Position numbers and translations under genes: made by a program. Shown piece after piece: positions 1 to 12,905 of a stretch of DNA of 64,000 bases. The stretch spans positions 7,194,001-7,258,000 of the forward strand of contig NC_087438.1 in NCBI RefSeq assembly GCF_036321535.1, given 5' to 3'. Numbering within the stretch: position 1 is the first letter of the stretch; the number at the start of each line of letters is the position of its first letter. The notes beneath the pieces are model-generated. The model was not told the origin of the DNA. It made no database searches and was given only the letters and a program-made list of their open reading frames with translations. The DNA is from Camelus dromedarius (taxonomy: Eukaryota).

Positions 1-699
1 CCTGATCCCGAGATCTGCCCCAGCGAGTGCCCCTGGCCTCCACTCTCTCCTCTCGACAGGCCGCAACAAGCTCCCCAACTCCGCCTGACTTGGCATTCCC
101 TCTGCCTCACACCCTAACTCTGCATTGCTTAGCCCCTCCGTGTCCAAAAGGCAAAGCAGTATTTGGAAAGCCTCGAGGATGACGCCAGCCACGAGGGGAC
201 TGAGAGCAGTGGCCCTTGTTCTGCAAATGGTTCATCTGCAAATTGGTTGTTTGGAACTCAGAAAGCTTTTTCAACTGGGAGCAAGATGCCAAAGTGGAGG
301 TGGGGCTCCAAGCCCAGCTCAGAAGGTTCTTGTTTGATCTGATAAGGAAGAAACGCTGCCTGTTTGCAATTATTAAAAAAAAAAGAGAGAGAGAGAGAGA
401 GAAATTCTATTGCACTTTCTTTTCCTTTTAATAATAAGATGTTTTTGAACACATTTAAACATATGTGTCAGACCATTCTGTGTGCAAGTAGTTATTTCAC
501 AATGTTAGAAGAGCAGTAATTAAGTCATTCTGCAAAATAAAGTGGAATAAGCAGTAGTTTGGGTCATTTGGACTTTCCAATTTTTCTTGAATGCTTTGAT
601 CTCAAGAATAACTGCCTTAATTGCAGAGGACCAACAGGAAGAGGGCATTTCTATAAAAATTCTTTAATTGACTCAAGTGAACTTATCTTCACTTTTCTG

Positions 700-1190
700 G
701 CTGGGTATGTTCCCTGCTTTCCTGGGAACGCTAGGGATGAGCTTCGGATGAACCTCCCTTCCCCATGCTGGGTTCATATACTTTGGGGGGCTCAATTCCA
801 GGAGTGGAGTATGTGGCTCAGGCCTGGCCAATCAGAGCCTAGTAATCTCTGACCACAATGATTGGTTCAAGGATGGATTTGTGACCCAGTCATAACCATC
901 AGGGCCAAATGAGAATTTTGCTGGGTTGCAGGGAAAAGAGCCAATGGGAGGCTGGAGCTGCTGCAGCCATCTTGCCTCCCAGAGGCAAACGCTGCCTGAG
1001 AACGGAGCCAGCATCAGATAAGGGAGCTGAGAGATGTTGGAAGGTTAAATCTTGGGGATACCTTCTGAGCCATAGACCAACCTCTGCTTGAAGCCAGAAA
1101 CTACCTCTTTTCAGTTCTATAAACCAACAAATCCATGACTGCTTAAGCAGTAAACGTTCTAGATAGGTCTTCTTTCAAACAAAAGACACT
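700..1190. mobile_element. Old MaLR LTR (MLT1J/K/L-like)
   Basis: cctggccaatcagagc...gaccacaatgattggttcaaggatgg...gcagccatcttgcc motifs typical of old MLT1 LTRs. Confidence 0.6.
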
Positions 1191-3123
1191 TGACCAGGCG
1201 CAAGGATTTCAGTCTACTTTCCAAGTTAGTATTTCCATTTTATGTCTCATTCTGATTTAAAATGTGTGGCTCTCCCCCTGTGGAGGGGGCCCCTGGACTG
1301 CACTGATGCCTGAAACGATCACCCTGACTTGTGCTCACATGGCTTTTCTTCTGAATGTCCTAACTATTGTCCCCACCCCAGTCCTACACAAGAGCTGGAT
1401 TTTGTATTCACATCACAGTCTCTCTGGTTCTCTCGTGTTTCTACTTCTAATTTACTCCTAACATCTTGTTTCATTTGGTTTTTCTTGGGCTTGCAGGTTG
1501 AGTCCCTGGGAGGGGGCCCTGGACATGGACAAACGTGCAGGAGGTTGGGGCCCCAGTAATCTCAGGGTCAACCCTGGGGAAGAGGAGGGAGGAGGCAGGA
1601 TGCAGAGAGAGCCTGGGCTGTGGTGCCATCCCACACAAGTCCCAAGCAGCTCCTGGGGGAGCTCAGAGCTGGGGTGGCCCTTGAGGGTGCCCTGACTTGG
1701 GGTGAAGGAGCCAGGCCTTCCTACCCCTGCAGTGAGACTCCGCAGGATGGGACAAACTTAAGACAAGGTGCTTCACGTCCTAGCAGTGATCCCAAAGTCA
1801 GCCACTGGCCCTGGTCTCCGGCGGCGAGACCCTAAGGTTACTCACAGTCCAGGGTACTTGACAAGCTGCGAGCTCCCAGGGTGGCTCGTAGCATCTCCCA
1901 GACTGACGGACCACACGGAGACCAGAGGGAGACCCTGGCCTGAGCCACGAAGCACTGCTGCTCCACACAGGCCCCTGGAGAGAGGGTGGCCAGGACACGG
2001 GAGAGTCTGGCCACCCGTGAGCGTGGAGACCGAGGCGGGGCCGAGGAGCTAGGGAGCAGAGGCCCCTGCAGGCTGTGGGCAGAGGTCGGCCCGGGGTCCA
2101 CCGGCCCAGGAGACAAAGGGCCAGCAGCCCTGCAGTCAGCCCTAAAGGAGCAGAGGTCCAGGGACTGAGGTGCCACAGACAGGGGGCAGGTTATTCACAG
2201 TTGCCCCACCTGGGCTTGGGGCACAGCTTACCAAACACAAGGCTCAAGCACATGGTGGGAGAAAGTCAGAACATGGGGGAGGACGGCGTCTGGAAGGGCA
2301 CGTGGCCAAGGGAAGTCAGGGGCTGGTGCTGGGGGGGCACCTCTGCTCTGGGCTCAGGTTTTCTTGCTGAGGAGGAGTTTGGCATGAGAGAACATTCCTG
2401 CCGCCTCCCTGCTCCATCCTTAATCCTCCAGACAAAGAGGGGATCTGAGTGGCAGCTGAGAGCGCTGGTCCTTGCTTCCGGACTGGGTGCAGCCAATTTA
2501 ATAAAAGGCTGCAATCCTAGGGGATTCCCGCCTTTTCTTCCCACCATTCCCCGACCCCTGGCAAGACAGCAGTCCTGGTCTGGTGGGTCTGGTCTAAAGA
2601 CCCATGGCTTCCCAGGGGGAAGGGGGCTGGGGTAGGGAGTGGCCCATGGGGCCTCAGAACAAAAGCCGCAGTTTCCAATCAGTGGCATGCAGGTGGGGCT
2701 GGCATCTTCTTTACTGTCTCTTCTCTGTCCACTGTCTCAGCTGGCCCTGCAGCCGGGAGGGGAAGGAAGGACTGTTGATTTCTGGACCCTGGGGCCCAAT
2801 TTCAAGGAAAATCAAGCCCCGCTGGTACTTCCACGAAGCTCCTCCACATCGGTGCCACAAAGACTTTCCCAGAGAGGGAAACAAATGAGCTTGCTGGCCA
2901 GCAGGACGCTTGTTGGTACATAAACTGAGCTAAGTAAATAAAACATGTTTCCTTTATGTCTCAGGGAGGACTCCATTAGCTGTGACCTCAAAGTCCTACG
3001 TGCAGGGAGGGTGGGGTGGGTGTCTGAACTCCAAAGCCCGCCCCTCCTCTCCCTCCGGCCCCCGCTCCCCGGTGCCCGGGGCACCACTAACACAGCCCCG
3101 CTGGAAATATATTTGTAACTTAC

Positions 3124-3231
3124 CTATCGATTTTTCTGGCATCTTTTGTCTTCAACCACTCCGAGAAAGTGGACCTGTCCCAAGAGGGGTCCCAGGGCTC
3201 CTGCCCTACAAAGAAGTCTGGAACGATGGTT
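3124..3231 (-). CDS. CMBL: CMBL (carboxymethylenebutenolidase homolog) second coding exon, 108 nt
   Basis: Minus strand: acceptor tttacag|A at 3231 and donor AG|gtaagt at 3124/3123. It reads (T)[35 protein letters not shown](R), in phase with the exon at 5613-5827 and matching the CMBL/dienelactone-hydrolase sequence. This frame is not in the ORF track. Confidence 0.95.
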   Translation of the reverse strand, partial: NHRSRLLCRAGALGPLLGQVHFLGVVEDKRCQKNR

Positions 3232-4016
3232 CTGTAAAACAAGGGCATGAGCTGACCTTACTTGTTTCGGAGCTGTTGGGGCTCGGTGTTTGCTTACATT
3301 CTTTAAGAAACTCACTAGGTTGACAGTTCTGGACCACAGGAACAGAAAAGTAGTCAATTGTGATCACGGCAAAGAGGCCAGCGGGCATCAGGCCACAGCA
3401 TCTTGGATTTCACAACCAAAGGTGCATGGCCTCTGGCAGCCTGCTCAGAGCCCAGCCCATCTGACATGCCATCAGGCCGTGCATTCTCCACTAGATATGA
3501 CACCACGGACAAAGGTTCCCGGGTGGCGAGGGCAGGGCGGGTGCAAACAGGTCCCCCTCCTGCCCCTGAGGAGTTACACCTCTCAGCTGGCCTTTCACGT
3601 TAGCCACAGGCCAGAAGGGCACACCTGGTGAGCGCGGCCAGTCACCATGACCAAGCAGTTTTCTCCAGCCTCCGCCCAGGGTGCCAGCAGGGCACAATGT
3701 TCTGCCCAGAGGGTATGGTCTAATGCAGGTTCTAAAAGGGGAGGCGGCAAGACAACCTGTGGGGTCTGTGTCAAACGCCATGCGTGTCCACCCGAGGCGT
3801 GGGGCCACACGCTCCTGCCAGAGACCCGGTTCCTGAAATAAAGGTCACAGCCGTGGATGGATGAGCACAGCTCCTCCTGCAGGGGTGGAAAGAACACTGA
3901 AATCTGGGTCAGAAGAATCTAAGTTTGGGTCCCAGCACTGCCTCGTTCTGGCCTGAAACCGTAACAAGTCGTTTAATCACTTTTAGCCTCTTTTTCTTTC
4001 TTTCCTTTTATTCCTT

Positions 4017-4128
4017 GGGGGGGGAGGGGTAAGTAGGTTTATTTATTTATTTAATGGAGGTACTGGGGATGGAACCCAGGACTTCAAGCATGCCAAGCAT
4101 GGGCTCTACCTCTGAGCTATACCCTGCC
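4017..4128 (-). mobile_element. tRNA-derived SINE (camelid Vic-1-like)
   Basis: Reverse complement GGGCAGGGTATAGCTCAG...GGGTTCCATCCCCAGTACCTCCATTAAATAAATAAATAAACCTA; A/B-box head and AT-rich tail; one of 7 copies. Confidence 0.85.
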
Positions 4129-4134
4129 CACTTC

Positions 4135-4382
4135 TTTTTTTTTTAATTGAAGTGTAGTTGATTTACAATATTGTGTTAGTTTCAGGTGTACAGCAAAGTG
4201 ATTCAGTTATACACGTATATAAGTTCTTTTTCAGATTCTTTTCCACTATGGGTTACTCCAAGATATTAAGTGTGGTTCCCTATGCTGTACAGTAGGTCCT
4301 TGTCATTTATCTATTTTATGTATGGTAGTATGTATCTGTTAACCCCAAACTCCTAATCTATCCCTCCCCACCCCCTTCCCCC
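4135..4382 (-). mobile_element. L1 3' UTR fragment
   Basis: Poly(T), then aattgaagtgtagttgatttacaatattgtgttagtttcagg, a typical artiodactyl L1 3' end; ttagcctctttt repeated at 3983-3994 and 4383-4394 (TSD). Confidence 0.8.
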
Positions 4383-5612
4383 TTAGCCTCTTTTCTTGAT
4401 CTGAAGGAGACAGCACCACACACCACCCAATCTCAGAGGATTATTCTGAAGGCAAAACAGGTAAGTGTGAGAGGGCTTTGTAAACCACGAGCGTTTTGAC
4501 TCATTCTTTTATGTTCCGTCTCCAGCTAAGGACCCACCTAAGACAACAGAAGGGACCATTCAATCTGCTGGTTGCAGCCGGCTGGTCTGGGGTGACTGCA
4601 CCCTCTGCCTTCCTGCCCTGGGAACAACGACAGTCCCACCTCGGCGGCGCTGCTGCCAGGACTCAGGACAATTGCCCCGCTGACACCCCAGCGCAGGGTC
4701 TGGCCGAGCCAGGAGGCAGTCAGGGCCGGCCAGTGTTTTTATTACTGGTCTTGCCCCTGGAAAGGTCAGGAGCCTCATCTTCAAGAAGAAACATGAGGAC
4801 ATGAAAAAGTGAAATGTCAAGTGGAGGTCGTCCTCTCTCGGGTCAATGCTAAACCCGCACCACAGTGGGTGTGTCGCCTTTAAACGGGTTCCTCTTTGCA
4901 GGAAAACGAGGTGTAGGTGCATCCTTTGATTTCCAGCTTCTCTTTTTGAGTAAATAAAGGAAATCGGGGTGCAACACACACAGAGCTTGCTGGGTGTTAT
5001 GCTTTCTGAAGCTGGACAGGAAGAAACAGTCCCTCCCCTCTATCCTGCATGCTTTACTGAACCCGCTACCAACACCAAGGTGGGGAGAAGCAAACAGGTG
5101 ACAACATTCACCAAAGGTGGCCATGGCCACACAGTGGGACAAAGAGATAACTGTGCGAGATGAGCGAGGTCTCACTGTGAGGGTTCTGGAATCCAGTCTA
5201 ATTTCGACCGGGCCATGACAGTTTGCGTTCAGACCAGGACAACATGGGTGCCCTGGGGTGAAAGCTGACCCCAGACAGAGATGCCTCAAGGGCCGAGTAA
5301 TGGGTCCATTTCAGGTATGGGGAGTTCTGCCCCAGGTGTCCTGGACATCAGGAAATAACTCTCTCTGTGTCCAGTGAGTCTACAGGGCCAGCCACTCGGA
5401 AGCCCAGGGGTTGGGCTGGGAGCAGCTGGCCACCAGTGGACACTGGCTGTCATGTGACATTCCCCATTGACCTGCACCCCAGAAGGGAAGAAAATAGATA
5501 ACGTACATCAGAATATACACAGGGTTTTTTGGGTTCATTTCCTTTGAAGGGAACAAAAGAGACCGCAGAAATGTACACGAATTTAAGCAACGGAAAAGAA
5601 TTTTATACGTAC

Positions 5613-5827
5613 GTGTATCCATTTCCTGCGATCATGTCGGCCATGTACCTGGTGTTGGGCAACTGCCAGCCGAATATATCCTGAATGACAATCACGGCTT
5701 TGCCCGTGTCGACTGGGCACTTGGTGAGATAAGCCTTGATGTGCTCGACTTGAACTTCACGTCCCATCCCCCCATACTCAAGTCTGTGGCCAATGTCACA
5801 CGGACAAGGATGAGCTTCGTTGGCCAT
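5613..5827 (-). CDS. CMBL: CMBL first coding exon, coding part 215 nt ([20 protein letters not shown]...GNGYT)
   Basis: ATG at 5827-5825; translation [71 protein letters not shown](T) is the CMBL N-terminus. Donor AC|gtacgt at 5613/5612; acceptor tctctacag| puts the exon start at 5846 (19-nt UTR). Confidence 0.97.
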
Positions 5828-7241
5828 TGGAGAGATCTTAGTTGGGCTGTAGAGATAGACACAGGCCTGAGACTCCGAGCGGTGCAAATCTGAAGGTAAG
5901 AAACAGTAAGTAAACTAAAATCAAGAGTACAGAAAAAAAATTAATGTTAACTATGCTCCTAGTGTATGCATGCAAGAAATCAGTGACAATGTCTGCTTCT
6001 GGGTAATAAGGCCAAGATTAAGGCCAGTAAGAATCCATTCCCACCACAAACGCGAGAAATACAGGACTGCGTGGAACCAACAAATAAACGTGAAAATGGT
6101 GGCGCAGCCCCCAAGCCTGGGCTAGAGAGGAAGCACAGCCAGGCCAGGATGGCAGGAGCAGATGGGGGGAGCCAGGATGCTGGGGCAGGGCCAGACCCAG
6201 AGACAGGCCCTCGCACAGCCGGTGCTTAGGATTCCATGTCCAGTGAGGCCTTGGGACCCCATGAGACAGGGATTTGTAACTGAGATCTCCCTCCACAACG
6301 TCCGGTCCCTTAAAAGTTCCTATTTAGTGGAGAAAATAATAAACAAACAACAAAAGAAAAAATGATAAAGAAAAACTCTGTCGACCAGGTCTAGGAACAT
6401 GGTAAGGAAGATCAGGAAAGGAAAAAGGAAACCATAAAAGTAAGATAAAACTGGGAAATAAGTAATGTTAAGATTTTAACATAAAATCTTAAAAAACAAA
6501 ACCCAACAAAAACAAACAATGCCCCAAATATGCACCATCCGTTTGAAGTAGGAAAACCTGGGCTGAGAAATTGGCTTAAGAGCGGACTCTGGGCAGTGAA
6601 GTCCCCGGGCACCTGGTGCCTGTCTACTTCATAGCAAGACTCACAATCCAGGCTGAAAACACATCCCACAAAAGAGAAGAGCTTCACAGGAGGAAGTGCT
6701 CCAAATAAACACTCCTCACGGTGGTAGGGGGAGGGGGAGGGAAAGGGAAGAGACCCAGACAAGCGCGACCAAAGGAACAGAAAGCAGGAAAGGAGAAGAA
6801 ACAGAACGTGTAAACCAACCAACCATAAAGCGAGAAGTAATGCGGCTGAAATCAATCCACGTAAATGGAAATAGAGTAAATTCATTCTTTGAGACAGATT
6901 CTCAAATTTAAAAAAAAATTTTTAATCTAAAAAGGTTCCCCAGGAAAGGAAAAATGGAAAAGTTGAACCCAAAGATAAACACCTCTTCATGAGCAGTTAG
7001 AAAATACACAGCCTTTTCCAGCAAATGGAAAAGCTGTTTGGTGAACAGCTACCCAAACTGCCCGCAGGTTAACCCACAACACAAGCCAACAAAGATTTTA
7101 TATATGACATGACAAATTAGTGCAGTGAAGAAATGATGATAAAAATTCAACAGGTTCTAAACCAAATCACACTGAAAACACTATGTACCAGAAGTTGAAA
7201 TAGTGTGCTGTCACCTAGAGAAACAGTGACATCCCAGACCG

Positions 7242-7729
7242 TGTCGGAGGAAAGCACTTGTCCCCTACCCTCCCAGTGCAGCGGCTGAGAGCCTGCGAAT
7301 TTAACTGACAAAAGTCAGATGAGCAGGAGAAAAAACCCACTGCTGTTATTGATGTTTTTAATTTTACATACACAGGAGCTTTGCAGAAAAGAAGTGAAAA
7401 CCCAAGAAGCAGTTAGACTGGGGGCTTATATATCACTGTAAAAAAGGGTGAAAGTTGCGGAGAAGCGAGGAGGACACAGATAGGGGACATGAGGAAGATG
7501 AGGGTTGTCTCAGCAGTTTGTCCACACAGACCCGTCTCACGACGGCTCCATCTCTGCTGAGTACAGTTGCTCATGAGGGAGGGGGACCCATGCCCTAGTT
7601 TTAGGCAGAAAGGCAGAAAGGGGGAGGGAAAAGCCCTTCCTGCATCTGCTGTTTGCCAGTTGCCTTCAGCTCAAAATAATCAACATCCAAAGTGCCGTAT
7701 TTTGGGGATGGCATTTCTGATCTTCCTCA
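7242..7729 (-). mobile_element. Solo ERV1 LTR (MER34-like)
   Basis: TG...CA termini; cagctcaaaataat...tattttggggatggcatttctgatcttcctca end; 4-bp TSD accg (7238-7241) / actg (7730-7733). Confidence 0.7.
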
Positions 7730-7734
7730 ACTGC

Positions 7735-8940
7735 ATGTATCAGACAAGAAGAAAGAATGGAAATAAAACTAAACATACAAATAAAGAAGCAAGGGTGAAA
7801 ATACAGAATAAACCCAAAAGGAGAAAATAATGAGATGAAAATAAACAATAGAGAAAACAGAAAAAGATTAAAATCTGATTTTTTAAAGTGTATATCTATT
7901 TAATAAATTGAATTCATAATTTAAAACTTACAAAATAGCTCTATCAGTTAATCTTTCCAAATATTTAAGAAAGAAATAACATCAATCTTATACTGACATT
8001 TCCAAGTTCATTGTATAGAATCAGCATAATCTTGATAGTAAAGCCAGATATATATCATAAGAAAAAAATTCAAGCCAATATCTCTAAACAATATAAATCA
8101 AGTCTTTTTGAAGAGTCTTAATCAGCAAAAACACAGGCAAATAGAATAATAGAATCCAGTAATATCTAAAAATGAAAAGATATCACAAAAAAACTTATTT
8201 TAATCCAAGAATGAAACGTTGATTTAGAATTTGAACGTCAAAGTAATTTCATATTAACAAAGAATAAAGGTAAAAACATGTAATCATCTCAACAGTAAAA
8301 TCTGATTTTTTGAAGAGTTATAAAACAGGTGTATCCTTAGCAAACCTGATCAATAAAAGGGAAAGAATGATAAACATACATATAACAACAAAACAAGATG
8401 TCCGATGAGAAAGTTGACGAAAGTAGATTTTTCCCTTTAAAGATCACGAAAAATTAGTATGAACAACTTTATGCTAATAAATTTGGAAACAGAAAAATAT
8501 ACGCAGAATAAAAGACAGTGAAACATTCCTAACTTCAAAAAACTCAATGGAAAAAAAAAAGGTGGTGAGACAGCTCAAGACGAAAGAGAAATAAACCAAA
8601 TGCACCGTGTTAAACTTGACTTCATTCTAGTTCCAAATTAAGAACGGCTACAAGAGATAACTGGGGAACCACAGAAAATGTAAATATGGATGATAGTTGA
8701 TAGTATGAATTATTACTAATTTTCTAAGGTGGGATGAGAGTAGTCATGTGGAAGAAAGTTCTTATTTTTAGAAGATGTGTGCTCAAGTCAGGGTTGAAGT
8801 ATCAGGATCTTCAATCTCCCCTCCAATCATTCATAAAACACTCATGTACAGACACACATAGAAACAGAAAGCAATTACGGCAAATTGCAAACAATTGTTG
8901 AATCTAGGTGATCAGTATAAGCGTTCCTTTCTTTCAGTTT
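7735..8940 (+). mobile_element. Ancient L1 (L1ME-like) fragments
   Basis: A-rich degenerate ORF2-like sequence (agccaatatctct, atcatctcaaca) and an L1ME-type 3' UTR (attgttgaatctaggtg). Confidence 0.55.
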
Positions 8941-9057
8941 TGGGGGAACAACATGGAACAGGGTAGCTGGAACAGAAAGATCAGGAAGAGAGTAGCAGGA
9001 ATATTCCGCTTCCCAGAAGCCTTCTACCGAGGGAAAACCAAATCCTGTTTTTCCTGC

Positions 9058-9174
9058 GGGGGCGGGGCGTGGTAATTATGTTTATTTATTTATTTTAATG
9101 GAGGCACTGGGGATTGAACCCAGGGCCTGGTGCATGCTAAGCACACGATCTACTGCTGAGCTACACCCTCCCCC
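9058..9174 (-). mobile_element. tRNA-derived SINE (Vic-1-like)
   Basis: ggtaattatgtttatttatt...ggggattgaacccagggcc...gctgagctacaccctccccc. Confidence 0.85.
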
Positions 9175-10370
9175 TAAAATTCTTGTAACAAGAATGGTAG
9201 TGGTGAAAAGAGAACAGTCAGGGTCTGGATAGATTTTGCAGGTGCAGCCAACTGGTTTTGCTGACAAATGGCAGCATAGGGTATTGGACAAAAAGGCGCC
9301 AGTGGTGACTAGAAGGTCTTTTGCTTGAACAACTGGAGGTGGATGGAGAGTCTTTAAATGAAAAGGGAAACTGCCGGAAGAGCAGGTTTGAGGAGACCGG
9401 GACTTCAATCTGGGCTCAAGAAGTTTGAAATCTATTAGATGCGCCAGGTGGACAGGGGAGGGGTCCAAGCTGAAGATGTGAATTTGAGAGTGAGTAGCCT
9501 ACACAGCTGAACCTCACTTTTTGCAGACTCTGTGTTCATGAATCTGCCTACTTGCTAACTGTATTTTAACTCTAAAATCAATAATTGCGGTGCTTTTGCA
9601 TCACCCGTGGGTCTGTGTAAAGCAGCAAAAAAAATCTGAGTCACTGGTGTGCACGTTCTCAGCCACGGTCCAGCAAGGCTGTGCCCTGTCTTGTTTCGGC
9701 TCTCATGCTGTAAACAAGTGTCCTTTTTGTGGTCTATTGAGTGCCACATCGTTTGCAATTTTGTGCTTTTTGTTGATTTCATTGTTTAAAAACGGCTGCC
9801 ACGGGCAGTGCTGAAGTGCTGTCCGGTGTTCTAAGCACAAGAAGGAGATGGTGATGTACCTTATGGAGGAAATACACCTGTCAGACATGCTTTGTTCAGG
9901 CACGAGTCACAGTGCTGCTGGCCACGAGTTCAATGTTCACGAATCAACAACATAGAATAAACATATATTGTGTTTCTTCCTACAGAAACACAAATGAAAC
10001 ACGGTTCAGTTGAGGGAAACATGACATGAGGCTCGCAGGAATCTGATGTATTTCTCCGCGGAGCAGGGGTCCAATAGCTGCTCGTTCAGCGTTCACAGAG
10101 ATTTTACAGGACAAAACTCCAGTGAATGATGAGAATCAGCTGGACACAGTATTTATAGCCTTGAGAGTGAATGACATCATCTAGGGGTAAGAAGAGATAA
10201 AGAGAAGAATCCAGAAGATTGAGCCCTGGGGTCCTTCAACACTTGAGACTTCAGGGAGGTAAGAAGTGATGAGGGAATGAGTCTGAGAAGGATTGGCCAG
10301 TGAAAGGAGAAGAAAACCCAGGTGTGGTGTCCAGGAGCCTAGTGAAGGAAGGGCTTCAAGCCAGGGAGAG
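9175..10370 (+). mobile_element. L2 LINE relic interrupted by a MER82-like element
   Basis: L2-type purine-rich segments at 9175-9500 and 10145-10370 (ggttttgctga, gaagagcaggtttg, tgagccctgggg..caaca). Confidence 0.55.
9504..10142. mobile_element. MER82-like non-autonomous Tigger DNA transposon
   Basis: ~640 bp with cagctg-type inverted termini (cagctgaacctca ... tgagaatcagctg) and internal ctctcatgctgtaaacaagtgtcc. Confidence 0.7.
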
Positions 10371-11529
10371 TGTAACGTATACCCGAATCACTTCCCAGTG
10401 CACCTGAAACTAACACAACATTGGAAATCAACTACACTTGAATTTAAAAAAAAAAGAAACATGGGGAAAAAAATGCGTATGCACCACAAAAAATAAACTT
10501 AAAAAAAAAAAAGAAAGGAAGGAAGCATGTAGACCCGCACCATTCCATGGGGAGAAAAGGAAGCAAGTAGACCCGCACCATTCTGCGGGGAGACCCGAGC
10601 GCTGCACACTGAGGGTGCCCACGGGGCTCTGCACAATGTGAGTCTTGCTGAGGCCAGAACGGGTTTGGAGGAGCAGGGTGAACAGGACAGACAGGCCAAG
10701 AGAGAGGAGAGCCTGGGAGACAGAAAGTACAGAAAACTCTCTCTGGAGTGTAGCCAGTCTTAAAAAAAAAAAAAAAAAGAGTGAGAAAAATGGAAGGAAG
10801 ATACGGAAACAAGTTTTTTTTTTTTAAGAAATGCCAGTAGATTTGCATGTGGATGAGAATGGCACCACAGAGAGGAAAGCAAACCAAACCACTCTTGGGG
10901 GGGCTGGGGGAACTGTCTCTAGTGAGGGTGGGTGGGATCAGCACAGAGGGGGAGGCCACTGGCAGGTCCCCCACAGCCCCAGGGGGGAAGGCGCAGGGCG
11001 TGGACACAAACATCGGTGGGTGGTGAAGCCTGGCTGGAGACTGTGGATGCTCCTGTTTGCATCTGTTTCCTCAGAGAACTAAGCAGTCAACAAATGAGAG
11101 TGAGTGAGAGCAACAAGGAGGTTGGAGGGGACAAGAGAAGTGGAAGACAAAGGACCAGGGACAAGGTCGGGGTCAGCAAGGCCATGTCCCCCCAGCCAGG
11201 TCCAGCTGCAGGGTGCAGGCAGAAAGACGCAGTCAGATCAGACTGGGCTCTGTGAGGTCATTACCCGGGCAGGAGGGCACTGTGGTTCCTGGAGGGCTGG
11301 CAGGGGATGGACACCAAGCAACCCAGGTGGGAAAACACAGCACTGAGTCATGACCTACCACACACATCCTGTCCAGTGTGAGAAGCACAAGCAGGAAAAG
11401 CAAACTATTCGAAGAAAACAAAAGAATACCTTTTTCCTGAGCCTTGGAGTCAGGCAGAATTTCTTACATTAGACCCAAAAAACATGAACAACAAAGGAAA
11501 AGATGAATAAATGTCATTTCATTAAATAT

Positions 11530-11850
11530 GTATGTGTCTGCTTGGGTTGCCACAACAAAACGACAGACTGGGTGGGGATTTAAACAGCAGAAATGTATTT
11601 CTCACAGTTCCGGAGACTGGAAGTCTAAGATCAGGGTGTCAGCATGGTCAGATTCGGGGGGGGGGGGGGGGCGGGGGAGAGAGGCAGAGGGAGAGAGAAT
11701 AAGCTCACTAGCCTCTTCCAAGGGCACTAATCCCATTACGGGGGCCCCAACCTCACAGCCTCATCTAACCCTAACTACCTCCCAAAGGTCCGACCTCCTA
11801 ATACCATCACATGCAGGGTGGGGGCAGTTACTGCTTCAACGTATCAACTG
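11530..11850 (-). mobile_element. MLT1 (MaLR) LTR
   Basis: cagaaatgtatttctcacagttccggagactggaagtctaagatcaggg...ctcatctaaccctaactacctcccaaagg. Confidence 0.75.
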
Positions 11851-11960
11851 AAAATTGAACTGACTGGATATTTGATGATATGGAGAATCAGTGTTATTGG
11901 AGATAGAGGGGCAGGGAAGGAGAAATAATGTTCCTGCAGTGATGGGGTTTTGTTTTGTTT

Positions 11961-12074
11961 GGGGGGGAGGGTTGGTAATTAGGTTTATTTATTTATTTAT
12001 TTTAATGGAGGTACTGGGGATTGAACCCAGGACCTTGTGCGAGCTAAGCACGCACTGAGATATGCCCTCCCCCC
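11961..12074 (-). mobile_element. tRNA-derived SINE (Vic-1-like)
   Basis: ggtaattaggtttatttatt...ggaggtactggggattgaacccaggacc. Confidence 0.85.
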
Positions 12075-12905
12075 AGTGATGTTTTTTTCCTAACAAGTCC
12101 TTATCTTTCATAGCTACATGCTGACGTTCGTTCCTACAGCTAAAAGGACCAGATGTCTGGGACTTTCCTAGTGGGTGGTGGTGGAGGTGAGGGGAGAGTG
12201 TCCAAGTGTTGACAGTATTGGAACTGAGTGGTTCCGGAGTGTCTTTTGTACTAGTCTTTCAACTTTTACACATGCTTGAGGTTTTCCACAATAAAAAGTT
12301 TTCAAACTTTCATTAAAATTTTTCACACTGTAAAAGTTTCCATTAACAAAGTTAGAAAAGATAGGGACTAAAAGAAGACACTATTCTCAACACAGAGGCT
12401 TTAGTATCTAGATAAAATATATGAAGAAGTATTAGAGATTAACAAGAAAAAGACAACCCCAATAGGAAAATGCTCCAAAGATACAGACAGGCAATTCACA
12501 AAAGGGTAGGCCTGAATGGTCCATAAACATACGAAAAGATACTCAACCTCACTGGTATTTAAGGAAATGATACTAAGAATAACAAGTTGCCATTTTACCT
12601 CTCGCAGACTGGCAATAAGTCTGTTAACACCCGGAGTTGGTGCCCAGGTAGGGAAACGGGAGTGTAAACTGATACACATTCTGGGAAACAGCCCGGCAAA
12701 GGCAATGATGAGCACACTCTGCAACTGGGTGTGTTCCCTAGAGAAATTCACACCCGTGCCTGTGCGTGTGCGTGTGTGTGTGTGTGCACTTGCGGTGGGT
12801 ATGGAAGGGTGTTCTTGCCAGGATGTGGCAACAATTGCAAGCAATCTACCTGCCCATGGTAGGGGTGGGGGAGGGTGGAAATGGGATACACTGTCATTTA
12901 TTCAT

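Noticed and set aside
1..3123. Search for the next CMBL exon (catalytic GFCWGG motif)
   Set aside because: Not found by eye; presumably left of the window, so no evidence of gene truncation
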